Assembly: GCF_964355755.1 (NCBI RefSeq)
Contig: NC_092675.1
Location: forward strand, 27,624,912 to 27,688,911
Length of the DNA: 64,000 nt
Reading direction: 5' to 3'
DNA from: Antedon mediterranea
Lineage: Eukaryota > Animalia > Echinodermata
Shown: positions 12,988 through 25,688 of the stretch, in pieces
Position numbering within the stretch: the first letter of the stretch is position 1
Layout of the letters: every line of letters begins with the position of its first letter
Position numbers and translations under genes: made by a program
The notes under the pieces: generated by a model
Databases searched by the model: none
The model's input: only the letters and a program-made list of their open reading frames with translations
What the model was told of the DNA's origin: nothing

Positions 12988-15900
12988 AGGTAGATATTAA
13001 TGCCTGATTACATTTCTTGCAAGTCTACAAAGAACTCTCCTCCAGGGTAAACTGTTGTGAAGTATACTGGATACTAGGTATCACAATACAATACCCTAGG
13101 CTAAATATTGCTACATCAAAATTTCTATACAGGAACCCTATTTAAATATGAATTTGTTTGCTTCATAATACTATTGTAGATACAGCAATAAAAAAAAAAA
13201 TAATAAATAACATTTTTCCTTATTCCTTATCATTGAGTATGGGAAAATTAGTCGATATTCTTACATTTGCATTGAATGTTGTTAATAATAAAAAAGACCA
13301 TTATTCAACATTGAATGGCTCTAATTAGTAGAGACAATAATGTGATATCATAAACCAATCAACATCTCAGGTTTCTTTCTGTAACATACTGTACATTAAA
13401 TAACAGTACAGTATTAACTAAAGCCATATTACACTACAGTGACAGATTTATTTCTTTTGTATACTGTAGGTAACATCCTAAATAATAAAACAAATGTCTA
13501 TACTGAATTACATTATTCTTCATTGTTCTAAGAAACAAAATACACTATTCTATCTATAAAATAGCTACTAAACTGTAAAACAAATGATTCTATAATGTGT
13601 AGTAGGCCTACTAATAAACGCAAACAAACATTACTATATTTTTTCTGATTATCCTAATTTAGTATAAATTAAATTTAAAGCTAGTCTTCAACTTCATTTT
13701 CCATGATTTTTGTGCTTCCTACAGCTACACTATTTCTCTGTGGGAACCATCATTTCTGTTAAATTGCCATTTCCTTTTGGATTTGCCAACTCATATTTGC
13801 CAGGGTCGTAGTTCAATACCACTCTGCAAGGTTAATACATGATGATATAATAATAATATTCTATCTAGTACAGTAGTATTGTTGTAGTAGTAAAGACTCG
13901 TTGTAAATGGCAAGTGGCAGATAACTGTACAGTACCGTCCACATCCTGTTAATACTTTTACTATATCAGCGCTGTACAGAGAATGGCTAAACTCATGGCT
14001 GAGACATACTCATAATCATACATATACATAATCATTTTGATTAGAATCTACTGTACTTGCACTGTACAAATAGTACCTGCTAGTTTTTATACTATAACTG
14101 TAGCTGTAGTATTAATAATTGTACCAATCACAGTTAAGTACAGTATATTAAAATAGTATATTGTTCATTTTTTGTTCAAACCAGTTGACAGAACAGAGAA
14201 TTTGGAACTTAGCACAGTACAGTATATACAGTATAAATTATCTTAATTTAATGGCGATCTTATTTCATGCTTATTTAACTTTAAATCACTGACTGACACA
14301 AGATCTACAACCTAATGAGGTGATTGCACTATTTTTTACATAAAAATAAAGTACTTTCAAGGCCTCTTTAACAAGAAACAACCCGCATACAGTACAATGC
14401 CTATGTGAAAATAACAGTGAGCTATACAATTGTTATGACTGATATCACTACAACACTGTAACAAACATAACAGCATACATGTTTTTCAATTTTGAAATTG
14501 TTTCTTTCTACGCATGAGAAAAGTTTAAATAGAATAGATTGACATACCAAATTTGGGTTTTTTGTAAACACAGTATTTTCAACCTACATTGAGAACTCGA
14601 ATAGTATAATTAAATTGCCTTTCATTTTTAAGTTTAAGGAGGGTTCTCAGAATCAACACGGATATTTTGTACGAGAAATCAGATAAGCGACAGGATATAA
14701 AACAGCTGGTAAAAAAATACGAAGAGTTAAAGATGTTTAGTTAGTAGTATGTAGTAGAGTACATGTCTAAAGAAACGTCATACGCAAGATTGGCCTATTG
14801 CCAAGAGGGCCACGTGATAATGTTTAAACTGGTGTGTACTGTCACTGAAGTCGAGGCTGGGAATCTTCTTCAAAACGTGTAGCAACAACACGAGCGATAA
14901 CATCGTATAGAATTGGGTGCCAATTACTGTTGCATAGTACACTGTATTTTTCTATTCTAATATCTAAAAATCATATAATACCAAACAATATTAAACCAGA
15001 TGTACAGTATTTACGAAGAGCAACCTCTATCTATTCATCATCAGCTAAAGATTGTCAGTGTTTCATTTTCAGTCAACGTATACCTTTAATCAGTGTTAAT
15101 ATCAAAATTCAATTTTGCTTCAGCGAGCCTATATTTTGCAATTCATCACAGTAAATTATTCACAATATTTTATGTTAATGATTGAAGACGGTGCCTCACA
15201 GTCGTTGCGTTAAAGATTATCTTCACAACGATTTTTTACAGCTAGAATCAATCTTAAGTGGCAATAGTATGGAATAGTTTAAATAGCTACGACGTGAATA
15301 GATTGTTGGCTGGCGTCCATGAAATGGAAGAAAAAAAAAACCAATAGAAAAGCGCATTTTTAAAATACATAAGATAACTCAGTATTGTTCATAAATAAAA
15401 CATTCGGTTTGGTTTTAATGTTTGGAAAAGACCTTGCCTAAAATCAACCTGGGTATTCGGAGAAATTCAGGTTAGCAGCAGGATATGACAACATGAAAAA
15501 TGCGAAGTTTATGTTCAAAAATAGAATTGTGTTCAACGAAACGTCATATTGAGATATGATTGGACTACTGCCAAGTACAGTAGAAGCACGTGGTTTTGTT
15601 TACATTGGTATATTGAAATCGAGGCTGAAAAAATCAAAGCGTATAATAACGACGAACGCTAGTTTGTGTAGAATACACTGTATTTGAGCAATTGTTGTGA
15701 GTGTGAAATATGATAACTAATTAAATAGCAGTGTTAAACTGTTATATAAATAATTTTATTTTAATGTACAATAATATAGTACCCTCTTTTCTTGTTTTCA
15801 GAGTTCATGGTTACTAAAATCAAATTTACATTTGAGGCTTACAGTATTTGAAGGTTTCAAAAATCACAAACACAATTTTAAGCTTATCTTTTAGAAAAAT

Positions 15901-18900
15901 GCTGAAGAAAATATGGAAGGTACATGTAAACCACTGAAATGTGGCATAGACCTTTACTTATACTGAATAGAAACTAAGAACAAGCAATATTTTGTTAGTA
16001 CAGTACTGTATCAAAATGAGGTAATAATCATTAAACAGTGTAAAATAGATTAATTCTGTACTTTACATGGTAGCTTGTGTACTAATCTGACCTGTGGGTT
16101 AATAAAGTTTAGTTTCTGTGGCTTACGTGACAAAACTAGTGCATTCAATAGCACACATGGCTATTAATTTGCAGTCGGCCAGAATTTTAAAAAATTGTAC
16201 ATTTTTTCCATCCAAGACTAAGAACTGTACTCTAGTCGTTTCCATCTTTTCTTTTCATTGTTAATAATAATATTTTTATTTGTATAATTTGAGTAAAATT
16301 TCAAACTACAGTACATCAACATAACAAAAAAAGTTTTTGTTTTGTTTAACAGTATGAATTGTCACTATGAAATTTGCAATTTATCTAAACTTAATTTAGT
16401 GTATTTTTTATATTAAATTGGGTTCTTGTAAAATAAAATTGGAATTTATAGATTAAGGCAGGTGTTAGTGTGTTACAAATGAATAATTTATTCCTTCACA
16501 TATGTACATTTTGCACATGTCAGCTGAAATAATAAAGCATACAGTATAATAACAAATAAATACAGTAACATCAAACCCTACAGTAGTACAATTCTGTATT
16601 ATAAATCTAGCCAAAATATTACTGTAATTGTTAAACAGTTAAGTACAGTATGTACAATACTGTATTTAATTTTAAATAAAGCACAATAACTCCTAGTTGA
16701 CCTTTGCCCTTTAGTAATAAGATCTGTAAGTTGATACCATTAAATGGCATCACTGACCTGTGTCTAATATTAATTCAGTTTTTAATGAAATCAACAAAAC
16801 AGAATTTGGACTTTTTTAGACCAGTGACCAGGTGGGTTGATCCACAAAATTAGGACAAACACAATTAAAAACTGCACACGAAGGAACAAATAATCTAGAG
16901 TTTAGAGCCAAGAGGAAGTTGATTTGATCAGGATACTGTACAGGAAGCCAAAATAATTCATACACTAATAATGTGATTTAAAATTGCTATTTTTATTATA
17001 TTAGAAACCGCTACTTTAGTTAGTTTCCATTCTAAATCAATACAGTTGCTTGAAAATACACAAAACACTATTCTTCATAGTAATTGGTTGTAGTAAGGTG
17101 TAATTTATGACTAATAGAATTAATACCAAATTAAAATTAATGAGATATTAAATTATAATATCTTTCATAGATTGAAAACAAGTTTATTCTTATACTCAGC
17201 ATTTTATTTTTTTTAAATTCAAGTAAAATTTGTTTGAGAAATCATACATTTTAAAACCATGACTTCAATTTCAATCCGTTATAAAAAAACTAAATCCCCC
17301 ACTTATAAACCTAAAAAACTACAGTATGTGCCGCTTAATAACGAGAAAAACATTGCTTGCATCACCAATGACATTCAAGGTAGGAACCCGCAATTGACAT
17401 CAATTCATATGAACTTTACACCTTGCTGGGGTTAAATAATAAACTAACAGATTGTAAAACAGAACAATAAAAGGTACTTATGATTTTATGATTCAATGCT
17501 TTGGTTAACAAAAATCAATCAATACTTCTCTCTTCCCAGTAAAAGTAAATTAAATAAAATCAGTCAATTTTAGATATTACTATATTAAGGTAGAATCATT
17601 AAACTATGCTTGAATGTATTAGTAATGAATAATATAAATTATTTTCCTGATCCAGTAAAATATTTTAAAATCCATGAATGCTGAAAGATCTAGGTTTCCT
17701 TATAAATTGTATTTTAAATTTATTATCTCAAGCATTTTTACCAAACTATCCAATGATACATCAACTTATATTGACAATAAAAATGTAATTAACCATAATA
17801 ATGTAAAAAAATAATTAAATTAGATTGAATAAAAAGAACTGAACTCACTCTAAATGACAGAAGGTGTATAACGCCAATGTGTTATGTCCATATCAACTTA
17901 AGAATGAAATTATCCACCCAGCTATGGGGTTTCCTTCTAGAATGGATACTGTTATCTGACAGAGTTCAATTAAAATCCAAATAATGTAGGCCTAGAATGA
18001 TGAAAATAACCTACAGCAGTAGCAGCAGACTGCTTTCAAAGATGTGCACAATGCAGGGGTTTCAAATAACAGCATGTAGCCATCCAAAAGCTGAGCACAT
18101 CCAGAAATAGTAAATGAACCAAAAAATAAACTGTAATTCAAGTCAAGCGTCTGCCTGTGCAGAAATTATTTCTTGGTGAGCAGTACTACTATGAGTATAA
18201 TAATCTTCTTACTCACTGCTGGCTGCTATGGATATATTTCACAAAGGTTCCAGGGTCACTGGTTATTAATATTCATGAGCTTTGGCTCAAGGAAGTCAGA
18301 GCTGATTGGACAGAGCCGACAATTGGTATTGTTGAAGATGAATAGATATTAGTGAATAGACAGTGTTGTTTTTAATAAGGTTTTTCATTAGGTTGACTAA
18401 CAGAGGGCTGCGTGAGACAGACTTGACAATGTAGATGTAAATCAGGTGCAACCATCCACTGCATACAAATACAATTTGATTTTAAAACATGAATTATTAT
18501 AAGTATTTCTATTGTAAAAACTTCTAAACATCTAGATTCAAAAGAGATACCAATAAAATAATAATTTGTAAATTAACAATTAATTTTATTTATTAATTAA
18601 TGGAGGAACATAATACTAGTGGTTTATATGAGTAAAGTGATTTTTTAGCTCATTCTGTTGGCTTGTTTGTAGTATTATCATCTAAAGTTGATATTTTCTT
18701 AATGGTACATTGTAAAAAGAAAACTGGAATGTTTAAATTCCTTTTAAATTGTTTTTTTTTGCAGTTGCTCCAAGTTTCAGTTTTCGAAGATGGATGTCAT
18801 CATGCTGAAGGTGTGTCTAATAGCAAATTTGTATTTTAAATAGTTTAAACTGTATGCGTAGCCATCTGTCTGTGTCGGACCTCTACAAAATTCCACTTTA

Positions 18901-18968
18901 ATGTTGAAAATAAAATAATAAGCATGCCAAAAAATTTAGAAAAATGTGCACAAGACATACAACCTTAC

Positions 18969-19046
18969 CTCAAGTAAACGTTCCTTTTTCTCTCTGTCCT
19001 TTCTCTCAAGCTCTTCCAGCGCATGAGGGGCAATTAGTGGCGCCAA
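18969..19046 (-). CDS. tet: Second coding exon of the TET/CXXC gene (LAPLIAPHALEELERKDREKKERLLE)
   Basis: Acceptor gtgtttgtttttccatag|, 78 nt open in phase 0, donor GAG|gtaagg; phase matches the upstream CXXC exon; purine-rich exon-like composition. Confidence 0.75.
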
Positions 19047-21414
19047 CTATGGAAAAACAAACACATGAATAAATTAGTGATTATTACGGAAGTCTATTAT
19101 ATTATTACAGTGTAAACTAATTGGTTTGCAAGTAAGTCTCAATGTACAAAGTACAGTATTTAGTGCAATCAGAATCAAGCAAAACATCTGATCAAATTAA
19201 CTTCACTGACAGTGACACAAAACTTATAGGCAGATCCAACCAAGTCCCACTCTGTAAATCAAAGAATTACAATGGAGATAGGGAATTAGATTAAATTCAG
19301 TCAATTCATTTCATGTTTAGCCCTCTAATTTAAAATCATGGATCTACCCACTTAAGCTTCAGGTACAGTATTTATTTAGTTGAATTATCATTACAACAGT
19401 AATTTTATTAGTGTTTGCTGCTCTATGCAAAGTCATACAGTACAGTAGTTAAAATTGTATTGTTTGATTACTTTTCTTGTAAAAAAGGTTAAAAGTTTAA
19501 ATGGAAAACCTTTATTTCCAAGTGAAATTGGAAGGAAATAAAAGCCGCCAAAACACCCCAACACAAAGATCATATTACCTTCCCATACACCTTTTAACCC
19601 TCCCTATCAATTGCTTTTCCAACATCAAGTACTTTAACATGTTGTATTTTGTAGTACAAACCAATGGAAAAACATCAAAGGAAGACCCCACACACCTGGG
19701 ATAACCTGGCCTTGCCACCATTACAGTGATCATTTAAGGAAACACAACTAATCTTGTAAATGAGATGGCAAGCGGTTGGCGCAAGCAACAAAGAGATAAA
19801 AAGGTGATGATCATCATAACTATGTATGTCGTTCATACACTGTTATTACATCAGTTTCACAAGCAAGGTTATCGTAAGGACAAGGTCTTACAACCTAACC
19901 ACTCAACCACAAATTTCCAGTTCAATCAGTGTCCTAGTTTTGCCATGTGGTAGTAGATTAACCTAGCCCTACTTATCACTGTCTATTATTAGTAAGATCT
20001 TTACAAGAATTAGTCTGGTAGTTGAAGGATAAAACCTGGGGGAAAATGGTAGAAAGCTAATTTTGACATTTAATGCGGAATCCAAAATCAACAAAAATCC
20101 ATCTTCAGGAAAATTAATTAAAATATTTTAATTAATGTGTATTTGTTTTAGAAAACCAGTTATTTTGAAATTGAAAGAAAGTTTTGTTTTCAGATACTTT
20201 TTGTAGTTTTGAGTAAATTCATAATTATACTTGATTAAAACTAAACTAGCATAATTACTATCATTCCAGTACCTGTATCCAAAATTACTAAATTGTATGG
20301 AATTACAAAAAAGTTTAAATTTTAATGAAAGAACAAAAAATAAAATGTTACTATCCACAATTTCCTTTGTGAATTTAAATATTGGTTTGCTAAAAAAGAA
20401 TTAAATCTTATTCATACAGGAACTATAGCAGATACAAAAAAGGTACACAAACTTTTGTGCAAAACTGCAAGTACTACTGAAAATTAATTAGGCCTGTGGC
20501 CATACTTACACCTCTTTTGAGGACATTTCATTTGGTATTGTAGAACTTGCTTTATAATCATAAAGTGACCATTATTTAGGCTAAAACCACATACCCCTAA
20601 GTGATTCTAATGCATTTGTTATAGTTTTATAAAGTATGCAATACTAATTTATTCATTGATCTGCAAATACTATTTCTAGTTCTTTTCATTTCTTTGTCTT
20701 TGTAATTATTCATGCATAGAACAGGTCATCTGCTGTAGGAATACAAATTAAGTTCAGGGGTTATTTGTAGTATCAACTGTGAGTTCAAAACTGATTACTA
20801 AGCAACAAAGTGATATGCATCCAAATGGCTGCATTTATAATTAAACTAACAAATTACATTCAAACATGTTGAACTTAATTCAACAGACTATACACTTTTA
20901 TAGACATGGGTGCAACATCAGCATGTCAAATCACTCCCATCTACTGTATTTCATCTATGTTTGTCTTCTATCAAAGTATTTATATTTCATACAATTCTCA
21001 AGTTCGTTTGGAGTTGACATAATGTACACATTCACTGTTCAGACAAAGAAAACTTCAATAGGTTCAAACGTCAAGTCACTCACTATTCTATTATCTGCTG
21101 TTTGAATTGAATTTTATACACTTTATTTAAAATGAAGAAATCTTGTATCTTAAAACAAACACAAATTAGCTTCATGTTCTTCCCCTCATAATGTTATGCA
21201 TGATTTCCTAATTGTTTTTTTTTCCAATTGTCATAATTCAGTCACAAAATTGAAAGAATCACCGATCCAAATAAATAAAAATCACTGTCATCAAATGTTT
21301 TGAGTTGTGTAAACGATGACAAGGCTTTGAAAATCTTCTCATGGTAATATCCCTTGTCTGGAAAAATTCATGAGAATTTTTATTTTTTACATACACAATT
21401 ATGTTGGCTTTATA

Positions 21415-21580
21415 AGCTCTGTCTACACTACCTAAACTTTTGACAAAAACATGTGATGTGTCCATATATGGACAGGATGATGTCATGTATCACTACCATA
21501 TTTGGGAATATCACTACCATATTTGGGAATATCACTAACATATTTGGGCACATCACACTCACACTAGTGTAGTCAGAGCT
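21415..21580 (-). mobile_element. MITE family A, reverse orientation, three internal subrepeats
   Basis: AGCTCTGTCTACACTA ... TAGTGTAGTCAGAGCT|TTA; internal ATCACTACCATATTTGGG x3. Confidence 0.75.
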
Positions 21581-22117
21581 TTAGAAGTTGACAAAAAAGG
21601 AAATACAGTATGGAAAGAAAAGTTACTGCATTTGTTTAAATAAACGAATCATACTGTGGTCTACAGTACCTACACCAGGCTAATTCAATTCTTTATGACC
21701 ATAAAAGACAATCATCTTCCACGTACTAATTAGGAACAATATAGTGTTAGTTGAAGACAAATAATTATAGTAGTAGTATGCATTTCTTTGTTGGGTTGAG
21801 AAATGATCAATTATGAGAACAGCTGGTATTGGCCTAGAGGAAAAGCTAGACAATTTCACTCATTTCCTTCAAATCCGCTAAAAATGTTCATAAACAGCAA
21901 AACAAACTTTTGATTCCAAACTGATTATCATGACATCATAATCATAAATTAACGATGATAATAAAGTGATGTAAGAGATATTTTTATATTATACAATTTC
22001 TTTAAAGTACTGTACACATTTTAAATATTCTAAACAATTTTTAAGAAACTTTTAAGGTATAATTTTTATTTTTAAAAAATGTAACGTTTATTTTTTTTTG
22101 TTTTTTTAATGATAAAA

Positions 22118-22316
22118 TACAGTTAAACCGCTTATTTGAAGGAACCCCTATTCACACATACAGTATACTGTAGTGTGTCCCCATGTAATGAACAAGGAGA
22201 TACAGTACTGTATGCTTTACCACTTCTACCAACCAGCCACTATTCAGTAGACATCCCTATTGAGGGGACATCTGACGTTAGGTCTCAAAGGTGTTGCTAA
22301 ATGGGATTATACTGTA
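22118..22316. mobile_element. Degenerate Tc1/mariner-type MITE (TA|CAGT...ACTG|TA); related fragments near 23080-23195, 29581-29747, 31057-31180, 47130-47225, 56080-56150
   Basis: TACAGT start, ACTGTA end, recurring CCCCTATT / GGGGACA / GTGTCCCCTGAATA motifs across the fragments. Confidence 0.45.
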
Positions 22317-22923
22317 TTTTAATTTTATTTAAATTAATTGCATAAAAAATAATGAAAATACACTTTTTGGAAATTAAAAGGACCAATTAAAATAACTTAA
22401 GGTGGTTTGCGTTTTTATTTTAAGGGTAGGAGTGCAAGGGTGGGTGGCTTGTTATTTTGCTTAATTATCTCTGCTATGCTCTGAAGATTTTAATAAGGCC
22501 ACGTGAGATTGCCTAAAGTCAAAGATAATAAAGCACAGCAGGATAGACCTAGCCACAGCATGGTAGAGGTCTAACCAACTGCATGCTAGGTCCATTCTGG
22601 TTTTATGGTCAAATTTTACATTTCTCATTGACTTCTGCTACAGTACCTGTACTATATTTTATTACTACTGATTTAGACATCCAATAATTAGAGGTTTACG
22701 TCAACTAAAATTAACGTAACTGTTGTGTTGTTGGTCTGCTTCTATAGTGGAATAAATCAAAACCCAATAGTTTTATAGATTTATGCAAAAGTTGCATTTA
22801 ATTTAAGAATGAGACTTTTTAGGCCTTTATTGAATTGAATCATCTCTTTTGGTTTGCACATTTCTGCAGAGTACTATTAAAAACTCAAGTACAGTATAAC
22901 ATGTCCTCTTATCTACAGTTCTA

Positions 22924-23045
22924 AGCTTGGTTCCCACTAGCGACGCAAGGACGTAACGCAACGTAATTGATTATTCGGCTTGCCAATGGTCAACTCGCTT
23001 GCTGCACGTAAGCCCTTGCGTTGCGTCTCAAGTGAGAAACACGCT
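22924..23045. mobile_element. MITE family B (palindromic, TIR AGCTTGGTTCCCACTAG)
   Basis: AGCTTGGTTCCCACTAGCGACGCAAGGACGTAACGCAAC ... CTTGCGTTGCGTCTCAAGTGAGAAACACGCT|TTA. Confidence 0.7.
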
Positions 23046-23792
23046 TTACTATATGATTATGAGTACTAAATAGTGCCCTTTAATGAGTGGGTGTGGTCTG
23101 AATAGATAGAAGTTGGCCATAGAGTAAAAAACATATACTTTCCCTTGTTTGTTTCATGTGGAAATGTTCGTTTAATAGGGGTGTCCCCTGAATATTGATT
23201 GAAATCAATCACATCAAGTTTGATCACAGTACTGCAACAGCTACAACAACAGTAAAGGAATGATGAAGCCATATAAGGACATTATTTACAGTAAACTTTG
23301 TTTAACTGGTAATTGTTTTCTCTAGAATATGTAATTGTAAATGCAATGTCATAAGGTAATAAATCTTCAGTCAGATTATCTTGCTTTTATGCTCTGTTCC
23401 TTATCTTTGCATGGTCCATGTCCAAACAGAATGATGTATGTGCTCTGTGTCAGACCTTTGACATCTAACCCAGACAGCAGCCTATTGAAAAGTAGTTGCT
23501 GCTGTTTATCATTGTCACAAATACTACTGTGTACTGTACAGGTACTTTCAACACTGAATTTTAACAGTTACAAATTATCAATTATTAATGTACACTTACA
23601 TACAGTACAGTAATTATGAGGAAGCTGAACAAAAAGAAAAACAAATTGAATTTAACATAATTTTTTTTTAAAGGCTAAAATATATTTTTATTGGCCAGGC
23701 TCAATCTCAAAATGTTAACATTTTTATACAATTTGGGTAAAGAATTTAATTTCTAATAGGACCAATTAATTATTTTGCAATAAATATAAGAA

Positions 23793-24063
23793 ACCATGGA
23801 CCCTAAAGAAAACCAAGACCCTGAAGAAACCAGGGCCCTGAAATAAACCAGGGACCTGAAATAAACCAGGGACCCTGAAGAAACCAGGGCCCTGAAATAA
23901 ACCAGGGCCCTGAAATAAACCAGGGACCCTGAAGAAACCAGGGCCCTGAAATAAACCAGGGACCCTGAAGAAACCAGGGCCCTGAAATAAACCAGGGACC
24001 TGAAATAAACCAGGGACCCTAATAAACCTGGAATCATAAACGAAACCAGGGAACCTGAAGAAA
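23793..24063. repeat. ~18-bp minisatellite (CCAGGGACCCTGAAGAAA / CCAGGGCCCTGAAATAAA), about 14 units
   Basis: Directly visible alternating variants; explains the repetitive ORF 23753-24037. Confidence 0.9.
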
Positions 24064-25688
24064 TTATACTATTCTAACTACCTAAATCATGTACAGGAAC
24101 ATTTAATGAAAAGCGAAAACAGAATGTTAATTTGTATACTGTATATAAATATTTGTTGATAGATTAAAACATGTACTACAAATGGACAGAGGCATTATAT
24201 ACCAATAGATAAAAGGTTTTGGTCCTCTCTAGTTCATCTTTTTTTTTTGTAATGTATTATACCATATGGACAATTGTCTGAAATAAAAAATTGAATAGAA
24301 TTTAAAGTTCGAGTTATTTGTTAACATTGAATTTAATATACTGTCCTTTCACAGTCCCTGGAAAAATGCATTAGGAGGTCAACACAAACTTTTCTCCAAA
24401 TTGTACCCACAATGCAAACTGATTAATGAACTATTGTACTATAACTGTCACATTAAATAGCTTCAATTGAAATGTTTTTAATCAGCCTACTGTAACACAA
24501 CAGGAAATAATTGATAATTAATTTTTTATAAACCATTATTTTGTACTTATTATACAGTACAAATTAAAAATGCCATGGTTAGAATTCCGTCAGCGGGACG
24601 CAATTGATTGGTCAATTTAAAATCGCTCATGCATGCACATTTTCATACTCATGTACAAAGTTTACACCAATTCATTCGACTAGTTGGTTGGCGTAATGGT
24701 GTGGTATAGCTGCTAGGGAAAAGTTTGATTTTCGTTAATTTTTTTTATAAACTCATCGTCGTCTTTACACACCATTGCCTAACTAGAAAGATGGTTTTCA
24801 TTTAGGTTTAGAGGACCAGAGGCTCGATCGTCTCAGCTTAACAGCAAACGCAATGGTATGTTGGATCTAGGCAGTTGCGTTCCGCAGCTAGAACTTTGGT
24901 TAAAAATTGGTTGGTTAAAAATTCATACAAATGCTTCTGAAAACTAAAATTCTAAAATCATACAGTGAACAGTTTCTAGCTAGGCTAGGCCTCCTACACG
25001 GTATTATAAGAAAGGCAAATTGCAATGGGCGATTTAGGTCTAGCTATAATATTAACTGAAAACACACATTTTAAGTACTACTGGAATGATTATACATAGG
25101 CCTAGGTTAATAATTTAGGCAACTTAACTACACACTCCGCAAACCAGAGCTCAGCCTCAGGTGAAATATATCGCAACGCTCAGTCAGGTGAGGGAGAACG
25201 ATATCGCAATGTTACATGTAAACTAGCTATCTTGATCGAGCTAGCTGGGCGAGGCCTAGATAAAAACAACCGCTGCTTAGAAACCGTAAAAAATTGCACA
25301 GCCCGACTAATCAGTACTATACATCACATAATATAGAACCTAAATTACATAACTGGTTAGAAATCTTGCACAAATTTCCGTTTAAACAGGGCTTAAACTT
25401 ACCTACTCCTCCTTTTCGTTGGTCTTTGTCCGACCGTCAGCGAAAAAAAAAAAAATAAATGTACACAAACGAACAGCGCCACCCATTACGAGAGAGGGCA
25501 GCAAACACTTAAATGACATCGTGTTGGCGAGGCGTTACGTCTTCCTATCTATTTTGGTTCGCCGTAAATATAAAGTACAATACGATAGTATATTTACGTT
25601 TCTTTATACATCCATCCTTTATTAAGGTATAGGTAACTTAAAACTGTAATGTTTAATAATAGTACAATTTTCTCGACAAAAAGCCTAC

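Noticed and set aside
23753-24037. 94-aa repetitive ORF (SLVYFRALVSSG)n
   Set aside because: Translation of the 18-bp minisatellite; no splice or homology support.
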